Below are positions 9,761 to 18,736 of a stretch of DNA of 64,000 nt, piece by piece (position 1 is the first letter of the stretch; each line of letters begins with the position of its first letter). Source of the DNA: an uncultured virus (IMG/VR IMGVR_UViG_3300023371_000084) (taxonomy: Duplodnaviria > Heunggongvirae > Uroviricota > Caudoviricetes); IMG/VR virus record IMGVR_UViG_3300023371_000084; one strand, 5' to 3'. The position numbers and the translations under genes are program-made. The notes below the pieces were generated by a model. It worked only from the letters and a program-made list of their open reading frames with translations. It ran no database searches and was not told the origin of the DNA.

Positions 9761-10904
9761 TCATAAGAATCTCCTCGCCATATACCGGAACAAGTTCTGT
9801 ATAGATTTTTTCCAAGTTTTCATATGTCACGTTACTATACTTTGTACAGTCGATGTGCCACTGTCCGTTTTTGTAATAAAAACGGTAACTATCTGGTCTT
9901 TCTTTGCCATTGTAAGCGTGAAATGATTTTCCAACTTCTTGTTCTACAGATTTGGAATAGAGGTGTCTGAAATCTTCAAATGACAGTTTTCTGATGCCGC
10001 TATTTTCGTAATCTATCGGGCAGTATGAACTATCACTTTTTAAAATGCTGAGATATCTTTCATACTCTTCTGTATTGGTACTTACACACTTAATAAACTT
10101 CTTGGAAACGGACGACATGCTTTCTGCGTAGTCATGCCCTTTTAGGTATTCTGAACGTGATTCGCCAAGGTTGATAAACCAGAATCTATCTTTGCCTTTC
10201 ACATTCCGCTCAAGGCGATGAAGATTGTATCCGAGTCTAAAATGATCTGCGTTGTACCATTTATTATGATCGTTGACTGGTTTTTCGTATGTTCCAAGAT
10301 ATCTCCTATTCCAGAACCATCCATCTGACTGCTGCTCATGGTTGAACTCTATCGTCCAATGAGGGGCTTTGCCCATATACACAAAACGCTGCCCATTCAT
10401 TTTTTCATAAGTAGCTCCGATGATGAGTTGGCTGGCTTTGATGAACCCATTGTCAAATGCAATATCTGCCTTTTCTTGAATCTCTTTATAATCAGGTGAT
10501 TCAACCGGAACAAGCACAAGATCCTTGTTATCCCATCCGTAAACAAACTGGCCGACCAAACCCTTACCCTTGATACAATCACAGTTTTCAAGAATCCATA
10601 AGAGGTTCGGAATCGTGATCTCAAATTCAAAACCTCTTGGATCGTAAACGCGGGCATACGTTTGACGAACGTTGTAATACCCAACGCCGCCGACCTTCTT
10701 GTTAATGACAAAACCTTCCGTTGGCTCATTATCAAATTCTTGCGGCTCAATTGTATTATCTCGCCAATTCTGCCATGACGTTTCTTTTCTGAGTTTCCCT
10801 TGTGCGTCGTAATAGATAACATAAGCCAGTTTCCCCGTATACGTATCTTTTCTATTGCAATACCCGACACACAGTTTTTTCGGGACGAATATGGATGTGT
10901 TCAT
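9723..10904 (-). CDS. conserved hypothetical phage protein
   Basis: long ORF, RVYDPRGFEFEITIPNL motif. Confidence 0.7.
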   Translation of the reverse strand: MNTSIFVPKKLCVGYCNRKDTYTGKLAYVIYYDAQGKLRKETSWQNWRDNTIEPQEFDNEPTEGFVINKKVGGVGYYNVRQTYARVYDPRGFEFEITIPNLLWILENCDCIKGKGLVGQFVYGWDNKDLVLVPVESPDYKEIQEKADIAFDNGFIKASQLIIGATYEKMNGQRFVYMGKAPHWTIEFNHEQQSDGWFWNRRYLGTYEKPVNDHNKWYNADHFRLGYNLHRLERNVKGKDRFWFINLGESRSEYLKGHDYAESMSSVSKKFIKCVSTNTEEYERYLSILKSDSSYCPIDYENSGIRKLSFEDFRHLYSKSVEQEVGKSFHAYNGKERPDSYRFYYKNGQWHIDCTKYSNVTYENLEKIYTELVPVYGEEILMNGSISRRYGYYV

Positions 10905-10907
10905 GCG

Positions 10908-11360
10908 TTACACGCTCATTTCATATGCCGACTGCATCTTATGATAAGCTTCCATTTCCGCAAGCCTCTTTGTCAGATTGCGTTTGCAGATTTCAATTGC
11001 AAGCTTTTCATTATAGCTATTTGCGTCAATGCAAGAAGAGGATTCTGTAATCTGAAAACCATTTGGCAGATTCAGTGTTACGACGGTTGTTCTATCAAAA
11101 ACCTTTTCAACATTGATATCTGCTCTCTGGATCATACGTTCGATTTCTTCCATATCGACGGGTTTAATTACTGGCTTGTCCATATGCTTGACAAAATACT
11201 TCTCAAACTCATCATGAGACATAAAGCCCAAATGCACCCGGCCAAATCGGAAACTAATCGTCTCTTCGTTTACATCGACAACATCACAGATTTCTCCGAT
11301 GTTCTGAAATGCGCCCATGGGTTTGACAAGCTTAATCTTATCGCCCTTATTTACCTTCAT
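10908..11360 (-). CDS. N4 Gp49/Sf6 gp66-family domain protein (possible Acb4-like sponge)
   Basis: TTVVTL.LPNGF.I.ESSSCID..Y...L..EIC...L.EMEAY motif. Confidence 0.65.
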   Translation of the reverse strand: MKVNKGDKIKLVKPMGAFQNIGEICDVVDVNEETISFRFGRVHLGFMSHDEFEKYFVKHMDKPVIKPVDMEEIERMIQRADINVEKVFDRTTVVTLNLPNGFQITESSSCIDANSYNEKLAIEICKRNLTKRLAEMEAYHKMQSAYEMSV

Positions 11361-12487
11361 GTCACTTTCTCCTTTTCTCTTTGCTCTAGTACATTTGCAT
11401 ACCATTCATTCCACTTGTTTACAACGTCGCGCTGCCCATCTGATATTTCATGATTGAATCGCTTTAGCGCCTGAACAATCTGACCGTTTCTAACCTCTAT
11501 GGTGATAAGGCTGACTTCAGGGAATGCCTTTCTTCTCATAAACAGAATATGGCAATGTCCATTGATCACGCTGTTGATATACGAGGATACGCAATTATTC
11601 TGCTGAACTGCTTCATCTTTAATATCCTGCGTTGACTTTGGATAAATGAATACATAATCTCCGATTGTGCGCTCCATGGACGTATCAATACGTTGTGCGA
11701 ACTTACTCTCATCATATGTCGTAGACAATCGATTAAAGTTTCTTGAAGCAATCTTCATGGTTGTCAAGAAATGCTTTGGATGTCGATCATACTTTGGGCT
11801 AATTTGTAATGCCATTCGTGCATAATCATATAGCTCTTTGACGACATACCTTGTATCATCCATTGCTTCGAGTGTTTTTAGCGTATCAATATACTTCATA
11901 AGGGATTTTGCATTGTATCCATAGTTCAGAATTAGATCATTAAAATATGGTCTATTTCTTCCATTTACATACCTAGATTCTTGAAGAACACGATTTATAT
12001 CTCTGTCAGTCAGAGAAATGTATTCCAATTTATAAGCAATCTGGTATGCGTCGGGGATCTCCTTATAGTATTCCAAGAAGTCATTGTATAACGTGATATT
12101 CCTTGTTTTACATATTTTGATAAGCGCCTTTGGAATATCATTAATGCTATATTTGAACCCAGATCCGACGATATCTTCAATTCCGGCAGAAAATATCTGT
12201 TCATAATTTGAATATTTCGGCAATCTGCTCAGAATTGTGCCGATATTCTCTAGCGGCCTGCAATTCGGAGATGCGTGTCTTGCCACGAAGCGAATGAATC
12301 TTCCATAACTTGCACTCTCGCAGCTTTCGATCATGTCGCTAACTGATAAATTACGAAGCTGTGTACGAAGATCCTTTACTTTCATTCCACTTCTGCCATA
12401 AGCGGTTTTTGTGGCAAAATCATACTTACATGTTTTTCCGTCCTCATACTCAAAAATGAGGAATTGTTTTTCTTTATAAATTTTCAT
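11357..12487 (-). CDS. PcfJ-like domain protein
   Basis: C-terminal P.S..DI.DEA.QQNNCV.SY, ILFMR, TIEV, Q...FN motif. Confidence 0.8.
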   Translation of the reverse strand: MKIYKEKQFLIFEYEDGKTCKYDFATKTAYGRSGMKVKDLRTQLRNLSVSDMIESCESASYGRFIRFVARHASPNCRPLENIGTILSRLPKYSNYEQIFSAGIEDIVGSGFKYSINDIPKALIKICKTRNITLYNDFLEYYKEIPDAYQIAYKLEYISLTDRDINRVLQESRYVNGRNRPYFNDLILNYGYNAKSLMKYIDTLKTLEAMDDTRYVVKELYDYARMALQISPKYDRHPKHFLTTMKIASRNFNRLSTTYDESKFAQRIDTSMERTIGDYVFIYPKSTQDIKDEAVQQNNCVSSYINSVINGHCHILFMRRKAFPEVSLITIEVRNGQIVQALKRFNHEISDGQRDVVNKWNEWYANVLEQREKEKVT

Positions 12488-13077
12488 TGTTCACCAAGCA
12501 ATTTTGTTATTCTACGGAGTGGCCTATATATGGTTTTATCAGACGGGTTTTCGCCCCACACAGTCCATGCGCATTCCATCGTAGGAGATCCGCCGCGTTT
12601 GCCAAATTCAAAATCTGGCCTCCATGTAAGAGGTAGTACATACATAGGACGATGCTTGTTAAATAAGGACATTCTGTTCTTTGAATGCCAATACTGCGAT
12701 TTCAGAAGAAGCGCAAAAGGCTTTTTGAGGCTTATTGCTTTTTCGATAAACTGTGATGAGAGCGAAAATGGCGGATTCGTTATGATCCAATCGCATTCTT
12801 TTCCTGAGCTTTGCAGGAAGTCTTCTACGTCATATCCGCATCCATAGTCCTCAATGTCTGTGCTGATGACACGATATCCACATTGCTCAAGCGCTCTTGA
12901 CATATGTCCCTGCCCACATGCAGGTTCCCAAATTGTTGACCCTTTGGGGATATTCAGATAGTCAACAAGAGTGATCGTACAATCCTCTGGTGTTGGATAA
13001 TAGTCACTCTTGTTTCTGCCTGATACTGATCTGTTTGCGAGTATATTCCCTTGCATTTCAATCACCATTCGTATCAT
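12484..13077 (-). CDS. N6-adenine-type DNA methyltransferase
   Basis: DYYPTP, WEPACGQG (SAM-binding) and IITNPPF motifs. Confidence 0.8.
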   Translation of the reverse strand: MIRMVIEMQGNILANRSVSGRNKSDYYPTPEDCTITLVDYLNIPKGSTIWEPACGQGHMSRALEQCGYRVISTDIEDYGCGYDVEDFLQSSGKECDWIITNPPFSLSSQFIEKAISLKKPFALLLKSQYWHSKNRMSLFNKHRPMYVLPLTWRPDFEFGKRGGSPTMECAWTVWGENPSDKTIYRPLRRITKLLGEQ

Positions 13078-13220
13078 TCGACGTTACAATTTTCTCAACG
13101 CCATCCATCATCGTATTGACAAGTGTTCTTGTCATGTCCTGCATGCTTACAACTTTGCAAGGATATGACACGCCGTCTTTGACGACAAAAAACTGAACAT
13201 ACAAACCATCTTTCATACGA

Positions 13221-13766
13221 TTACTCCACAACTTTCGTGTCATTAAGAAGAATTATCCTTTCTTCTCTAAATGTAGATTTCATATCAATTACACGCTGGT
13301 TTGTGCTGCCAGCAAACACGATTTCCTTGTTGAGCAAGTCCTGTTTGCCAAGCTCAAATTGGCCGTCTACCAGAACATCAATATGATCTAGGATATAACG
13401 TCTGCCGTGATCGGCAAGCGTGGAAGCATGGCGAAGAATATGCTCAATGGTATACCCGGTATATAGCCAAATCTTTTTTTCTGGATACTGGTTTTTAAGC
13501 TTTATACACAAATCAAATGTGCCAACAATGTTTTCATCGGCAAGCGGCTCGCCGCCAAGGATGGAGATACGCTTTACATACGGCTTGCCTGCAAGATCGA
13601 TGAACTTTCTTTCTACATCCTTTGTCCATTCTTTCCCGCCGCTAAAATCCCATGTTTCCGGGTTAAAGCAGCCCTGACAATGAAAATGGCACCCCTGAAC
13701 AAAGAGTGAAACGCCGACACCCTCTCCATTTGAGATATCCATTTCTCGAATTTTTGCATATCGCAT
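13221..13766 (-). CDS. nrdG: anaerobic ribonucleotide reductase activating protein
   Basis: NGEG.GVSLFVQGC..HC.GCFNPETW radical SAM motif; GS.NQR. Confidence 0.95.
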   Translation of the reverse strand: MRYAKIREMDISNGEGVGVSLFVQGCHFHCQGCFNPETWDFSGGKEWTKDVERKFIDLAGKPYVKRISILGGEPLADENIVGTFDLCIKLKNQYPEKKIWLYTGYTIEHILRHASTLADHGRRYILDHIDVLVDGQFELGKQDLLNKEIVFAGSTNQRVIDMKSTFREERIILLNDTKVVE

Positions 13767-13770
13767 ATTT

Positions 13771-14205
13771 CTATTCGCCTACCTTTACTTCGTGTACGCT
13801 GACGTAAAACTTGTCTGGTTTATAGTCTGCGTATGCAACAGTCTTTTTCTGCTTATAAATCTTGATATCGCTTCCATCTTCTATTGTGAGCCAGATATAT
13901 TTGCAGTTCTTGCTGTACCGTTCATCAAATACCCTGTATTCCTGCCCTTGCTTGATGGCAAAATTCAGATAAGGCATCGAAGAAAATTCGATAAAAGCGC
14001 CATAATCTCCGATAACAATGCGGTCATATCCATCACATATCGGGCTGTCATTCAAGGTAAGCAGGGTCTCTTTCCCGCCAGATTCAGAGAGACCATTTGG
14101 AATGTTCTCCCTGAAATACTGACGGTACTTTTGAGACAAGTCCTTTGAAAGCGGTTTATACTTATACTTTTGCGCAAGCAGCGCTTCAACTTTCAAAGTA
14201 TTCAT
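13771..14205 (-). CDS. hypothetical protein between nrdD and nrdG
   Basis: ORF, RIVIGDYGAFIE. Confidence 0.65.
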   Translation of the reverse strand: MNTLKVEALLAQKYKYKPLSKDLSQKYRQYFRENIPNGLSESGGKETLLTLNDSPICDGYDRIVIGDYGAFIEFSSMPYLNFAIKQGQEYRVFDERYSKNCKYIWLTIEDGSDIKIYKQKKTVAYADYKPDKFYVSVHEVKVGE

Positions 14206-14210
14206 GATGA

Positions 14211-16415
14211 TTATTCGCAGAGATCCATATCATCCACATGCAGGACGCGCTCTGCAATTTCCTGTGTGCGCCCCTGATTCCAGAAGTTCGTTCCGATGTA
14301 TCCGCATGTGCGACGAGCAACGCTCATCATTGCCTGATTGCGATTTCCGCAAGACGGGCATTCCCATGCGAGCTTGCCGCTTTCATCGGTAATGATCTTG
14401 ATTTCCTTATCATATCCGCAAGCCATGCAATAATCGCTCTTGCTGTTCAGCTCTGCATACATGATATTTTCATAGATGAACTGGATGAGCTGGACAACAA
14501 CATCAAGATTGTCGTTCATGTTGGGGATCTCAACATAGCTGATTGCGCCGCCCGGAGAAAGCTTCTGGAACTTGCTTTCCAGCGCCAGTTTATCAAATGC
14601 GTTGATCTTCTCAAATACAGGCACATGATAGGAGTTAGTGATATAATCCTTATCCGTGATGCCGGGGATGATTCCGAAGCGCTTCTTCAGACACTTGGCA
14701 AACTTATACGTTGTAGACTCAATCGGGCTTCCATACAGGCTGTAATCGATATGCTCAGAGTTCTTCCATTCAGCACACTTGTCATTGAGCGCCTGCATCA
14801 CCTTGAGGCCAAATGCTTCGCCAACCCCCTTATCCGTATGGCTATGACCAGTCATAAACTTGACGCATTCATAAAGTCCAGCATAACCAAGGGAAATGGT
14901 AGAATAGCCATTATGGAGGAGCTTGTCGATCTTCTCTCCCTTTTCAAGACGGGCAATTGCGCCGTGCTGCCAAAGGATTGGAGCGACATCAGATGGGGTT
15001 CCCTCAAGACGCTGATGTCGAAGCTGCAATGCCTTATGGCAAAGCTCTGTGCGCGTATCGAAAATCTTCCAGAAGGTGTCCATGTCTCCGCCAGAAGACA
15101 ATGCGATATCGGGCAGATTGATTGTAACAACGCCCTGATTGAAGCGGCCATAATACTTCGGATTGCCCTGTTCATCGACATACGGTGTCAAGAAGGAACG
15201 GCAACCCATACACGGATAGCAATGGCTATTGCCGTTCTTGTCAATCTTGTACTCAAGCATCTTCTTTTCAGAAATATAATCTGGCACAAGACGCTTTGCA
15301 GAGCACTCAGCAGCGAGCTTGGTCAGGTAGAAATACTTGCTGCCCTCGTATGTGTTATCCTTTTCAAGTACGTACAGGAGCTTCGGGAACGCCGGAGTTG
15401 TCCATACACCCTTTTCATTCTTCACGCCCTGAATGCGCTGACGCAGGACTTCTTCAATGATCAGCGCGAGGTCTGCCTTTGTCTTTTCATCTTTGGCTTC
15501 CCCAAGATACATGAAAACAGAAAGGAATGGGGCTTGACCATTGGTGGTCATGAGCGTCACAACCTGATACTGAATGGTCTGAACGCCGCGCTTAATCTCC
15601 TCGCGCAGCCGGCTTTCAACAATGCTGTCAATCAATGCAACCTTATCCATGCTCATTTCGTCGATGCAGGAAAGCTCAGATTCCACTTCCTTGCGGATCT
15701 TCTGACGGCTAACTTCAACAAACGGAGCAAGATGTGTAAGGGAGATGGACTGTCCACCGTACTGACTGCTTGCCACCTGAGCAATAATCTGCGTGGCAAT
15801 ATTACAAGCCGTAGAGAATGACTTCGGCTTTTCAATCATAACATTGCTGATGACGGTGCCTTTTTGCAGCATATCGTCGAGATCAACCAGATCGCAGTTA
15901 TGAAGTGTGCGCTGACCGAAATAGTCGATATCATGGAAATGAATGATGCCCTCATCGTTTGCCTGAATGACATCCGGTGTCAGCAGCATGCGCTTGCTGA
16001 TATCCTCGCTTTCAATTCCAGCCATGTAATCACGTTGAGTAGTGACCAGAACGGCGTTCTTGTTTGAGTTTTCGTCATTCCAGTATTCGCTCTGACCATT
16101 GAGCAATTCAATGATTGAATCGTCAGTTGAATTCTTCACGTCGCGCTGGAATTCACGGACGCTGCGATATCCCTCATACGCCTTTGCTGTGAGTGTTTCA
16201 CCCTTGCCAATCAGCTTTTCAAAAACCATAGCTTCTACGGCGTGGATATCCAAATCCTCAATATACCTTGCCTCTGTTTCAATCTCGGAGGCAATTTCTT
16301 TTGCGACGACGGGCTTAACAATACCACTGCCAAACTGCATCGCTTTCATGATCGCTTCATAGATTTTTGACTTGTCAAACTCTACTTCTGTACAGTCTCT
16401 TTTGATAATCTTCAT
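14211..16415 (-). CDS. nrdD: class III anaerobic ribonucleoside-triphosphate reductase
   Basis: ATP-cone, MGCRSFL, YITNSYH, RRTCGYIG glycyl-radical motif. Confidence 0.97.
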   Translation of the reverse strand: MKIIKRDCTEVEFDKSKIYEAIMKAMQFGSGIVKPVVAKEIASEIETEARYIEDLDIHAVEAMVFEKLIGKGETLTAKAYEGYRSVREFQRDVKNSTDDSIIELLNGQSEYWNDENSNKNAVLVTTQRDYMAGIESEDISKRMLLTPDVIQANDEGIIHFHDIDYFGQRTLHNCDLVDLDDMLQKGTVISNVMIEKPKSFSTACNIATQIIAQVASSQYGGQSISLTHLAPFVEVSRQKIRKEVESELSCIDEMSMDKVALIDSIVESRLREEIKRGVQTIQYQVVTLMTTNGQAPFLSVFMYLGEAKDEKTKADLALIIEEVLRQRIQGVKNEKGVWTTPAFPKLLYVLEKDNTYEGSKYFYLTKLAAECSAKRLVPDYISEKKMLEYKIDKNGNSHCYPCMGCRSFLTPYVDEQGNPKYYGRFNQGVVTINLPDIALSSGGDMDTFWKIFDTRTELCHKALQLRHQRLEGTPSDVAPILWQHGAIARLEKGEKIDKLLHNGYSTISLGYAGLYECVKFMTGHSHTDKGVGEAFGLKVMQALNDKCAEWKNSEHIDYSLYGSPIESTTYKFAKCLKKRFGIIPGITDKDYITNSYHVPVFEKINAFDKLALESKFQKLSPGGAISYVEIPNMNDNLDVVVQLIQFIYENIMYAELNSKSDYCMACGYDKEIKIITDESGKLAWECPSCGNRNQAMMSVARRTCGYIGTNFWNQGRTQEIAERVLHVDDMDLCE

Positions 16416-16448
16416 CAAACTACACCTCAATATACTTTTTCTGCATTA

Positions 16449-16883
16449 TTAATAAAGGCAAAATTTAGCAACAAAATCTGCTGCCGCAATGACATTCGGC
16501 TCCCACCTGAACAAAGAGAGCTTAATCCACGGATGAAGATCGCGCTTCCCGCCAAAGCCGACAACATAGATATGTTTATTGCCGAAGGAGTTGATTGCAT
16601 TGATGTAGCCAAGCTCGTAATGTGTGCCAATGCTATCTTCAATGCCATCCAGATTGATAACGACGACATCGCTGTCACGAATCTGCGCAAGATCCCATTC
16701 TTTTGCCTCTGCCTCCACGCTAGATGCATCCGGGTCGTTTGGGTCATAGAACAGCGGAGGATTAACTACTTTGACGCTAATGCCCATAACGTCATCGAGC
16801 AAAGAAGCAAACTCTGTGCGCCAGCCAAGCTGCTCTTCGCGCGTCAAACCGCTCATTTTCCCTGCCGTATAAATCTTCTTCAT
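16449..16883 (-). CDS. nucleoside 2-deoxyribosyltransferase-like protein
   Basis: KIYTAG.M.G, D...I..SD.VV, SIGT..ELGY motifs. Confidence 0.8.
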   Translation of the reverse strand: MKKIYTAGKMSGLTREEQLGWRTEFASLLDDVMGISVKVVNPPLFYDPNDPDASSVEAEAKEWDLAQIRDSDVVVINLDGIEDSIGTHYELGYINAINSFGNKHIYVVGFGGKRDLHPWIKLSLFRWEPNVIAAADFVAKFCLY

Positions 16884-17431
16884 TCTTTCTCCTTTTCGGC
16901 TGCTTTAAGAATCGCTTTCAGGCACATCAGCGTTTGATCCATCGTCATGTGATAGTTGGTATTGTCGATTACGTAATTCACTTCATCAACAACGCCATCA
17001 AACTGCCCCACATCGGAAAGACTTCTGCGATAAGCTTCTTCGATGTTGTCTCCGCGATTCAGGATCTGAATCAACCTTGAGCGCCTATCGACCATCAGAT
17101 AGATTGATACCACATCGATGTTCTCGCGCTTTAAGGCTCTAAGGCCAGCGGGAGTCATAACTGCGATCTTCTTCTTTGCGTTCATGCAGTCTTGCTTTGC
17201 CGTGCCATACTTCCATTCTCTGTAAGCATTCTGCTCAACAAAGAATCCGCGCTTTGACAATTCCTCAAATGCTGCGTCTGTGACAAAGTGATAGTCAATG
17301 CCATTCACTTCTCCATCACGCATCGGCCTTGTCGTATACGTTACAATTTTCTGATAACTTGGATCAGATTCAATCAGCATGTTCTGCAAAGTGGATTTAC
17401 CACTTGCAGATTCACCGATGATAACAATCAT
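16880..17431 (-). CDS. gmk: guanylate kinase
   Basis: GESASGKST, YTTRPMR.GE.NG.DYHFV. Confidence 0.9.
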   Translation of the reverse strand: MIVIIGESASGKSTLQNMLIESDPSYQKIVTYTTRPMRDGEVNGIDYHFVTDAAFEELSKRGFFVEQNAYREWKYGTAKQDCMNAKKKIAVMTPAGLRALKRENIDVVSIYLMVDRRSRLIQILNRGDNIEEAYRRSLSDVGQFDGVVDEVNYVIDNTNYHMTMDQTLMCLKAILKAAEKEKE

Positions 17432-17444
17432 ATGATCACTCTCC

Positions 17445-17684
17445 TTACTCATATGTACTATGTTCAATTTTCAGCATTTCGGCCTTTTCTGAAACAGAAA
17501 GATCATCCCATGCCCCATCAACATACTTCTTTGCGCACTCTTCGCACAAGTCCTGACCATCCATGGCGTGCATAGCGTAATCGCCGCATTCATCGCAGTA
17601 GACGACGGTTACGCTATAATACGGGCATCCGCTTTTCAAACATGGCAAACCACAATCGACACACAAGCTCTCTTTGGTTTTCAT
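17445..17684 (-). CDS. Cys-rich hypothetical protein
   Basis: multiple CxxC motifs. Confidence 0.55.
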   Translation of the reverse strand: MKTKESLCVDCGLPCLKSGCPYYSVTVVYCDECGDYAMHAMDGQDLCEECAKKYVDGAWDDLSVSEKAEMLKIEHSTYE

Positions 17685-18358
17685 GAGGATACCTTCTTTG
17701 GCATCTTACCACAAGACTTCTTTTCCGGGCAGTATCCAAGCACTTTGCACTTCGGAGCCATTTGCGTATCAACAATATACGCCCATTCATCAGAATAAGC
17801 CTTCAGCGCTTCACAGATATCATTGAACAGTTCTCGATACTCCCAATACGCGCGAGTACACATCCTCTGACGAGACATGTCAATCATATTTCTCGGATTT
17901 CGCTTGTCCACAATCTTCGTGGTCATGCCCAGCGGCAAAGCCATAGCGCTATCTTCACGCGGAATCTTCTCTTCCTCAAGCTGCTGGCACCCGTCGCTGA
18001 TCGCTTTCATAATGCCATCGTAAATCGCTTTGGCCTTTTCGTTGCGCTCAATGGTATGCGGCGTAACATACTCGAAGTTTTTGTAATTGATATAGCGCGT
18101 GCTTGCCTGAAGGCGAGACGGACTGCCGCCAACATGCGTATACCATTCGCGGATGACACGAGCTGAATATCCCTCAATAATCATCTCGATATTTGGGTAC
18201 TCAATCGTTCTGCCATGGCCGGACTCTAAGCAGTCCAGACCTCGCTTATAATTTTTCTCTTCGTTTGTGACATCTGCACCCCAGCACACGCCAGCTCTAT
18301 GACCGATGAGCGTAATGGGTTTCTTTGTTGTTTCTGGAAGAATTGTAATCTTGCCCAT
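17681..18358 (-). CDS. thyX: FAD-dependent thymidylate synthase
   Basis: SGH...IE, S.LQASTRY, LP...T, R.C.RAYWE.R; RHR motif diverged (THV). Confidence 0.85.
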   Translation of the reverse strand: MGKITILPETTKKPITLIGHRAGVCWGADVTNEEKNYKRGLDCLESGHGRTIEYPNIEMIIEGYSARVIREWYTHVGGSPSRLQASTRYINYKNFEYVTPHTIERNEKAKAIYDGIMKAISDGCQQLEEEKIPREDSAMALPLGMTTKIVDKRNPRNMIDMSRQRMCTRAYWEYRELFNDICEALKAYSDEWAYIVDTQMAPKCKVLGYCPEKKSCGKMPKKVSS

Positions 18359-18376
18359 ATATCTGTTCCTTTCTAT

Positions 18377-18416
18377 ATTCTACATCCATCTATTGATGAT
18401 GTCAATAGTTTTTCTG
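18377..18416 (-). promoter_or_regulatory. sigma-A promoter preceded by CAGAAAAACTA motif
   Basis: TTGACA-17 nt-TAGAAT (TG immediately before the -10 box). Confidence 0.7.
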
Positions 18417-18418
18417 CT

Positions 18419-18736
18419 TTATTTTTCAGAGGTTAAATAGTCATACAAATCGCGGATAGTCTTCATTGGAATTGCATTCCCATTTTCATCCTTCACGCTG
18501 CCTTGCGTATATTTCTTTCCGCAATCCAGCTCAAACACCCAATAGCTGATCCATTCATCCTGCGTATCTTCCATGATTATTGAAAGCAGCGCAACACATT
18601 CATCAATCAGCGTTGGATGTTTGATCTCGCACCAATCAAAGCCGGATATTCTGCAAGTATTCTGAATACTGTCTTCAAAATCAAGCAGTCGCGTGATTTT
18701 GCTCATGTATTTTTCAAACTCTTCATAGCTCATCAC
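18419..18736 (-). CDS. hypothetical protein
   Basis: WISYWVFELDCG..., LYDYL phage-type motif. Confidence 0.6.
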   Translation of the reverse strand: MMSYEEFEKYMSKITRLLDFEDSIQNTCRISGFDWCEIKHPTLIDECVALLSIIMEDTQDEWISYWVFELDCGKKYTQGSVKDENGNAIPMKTIRDLYDYLTSEK

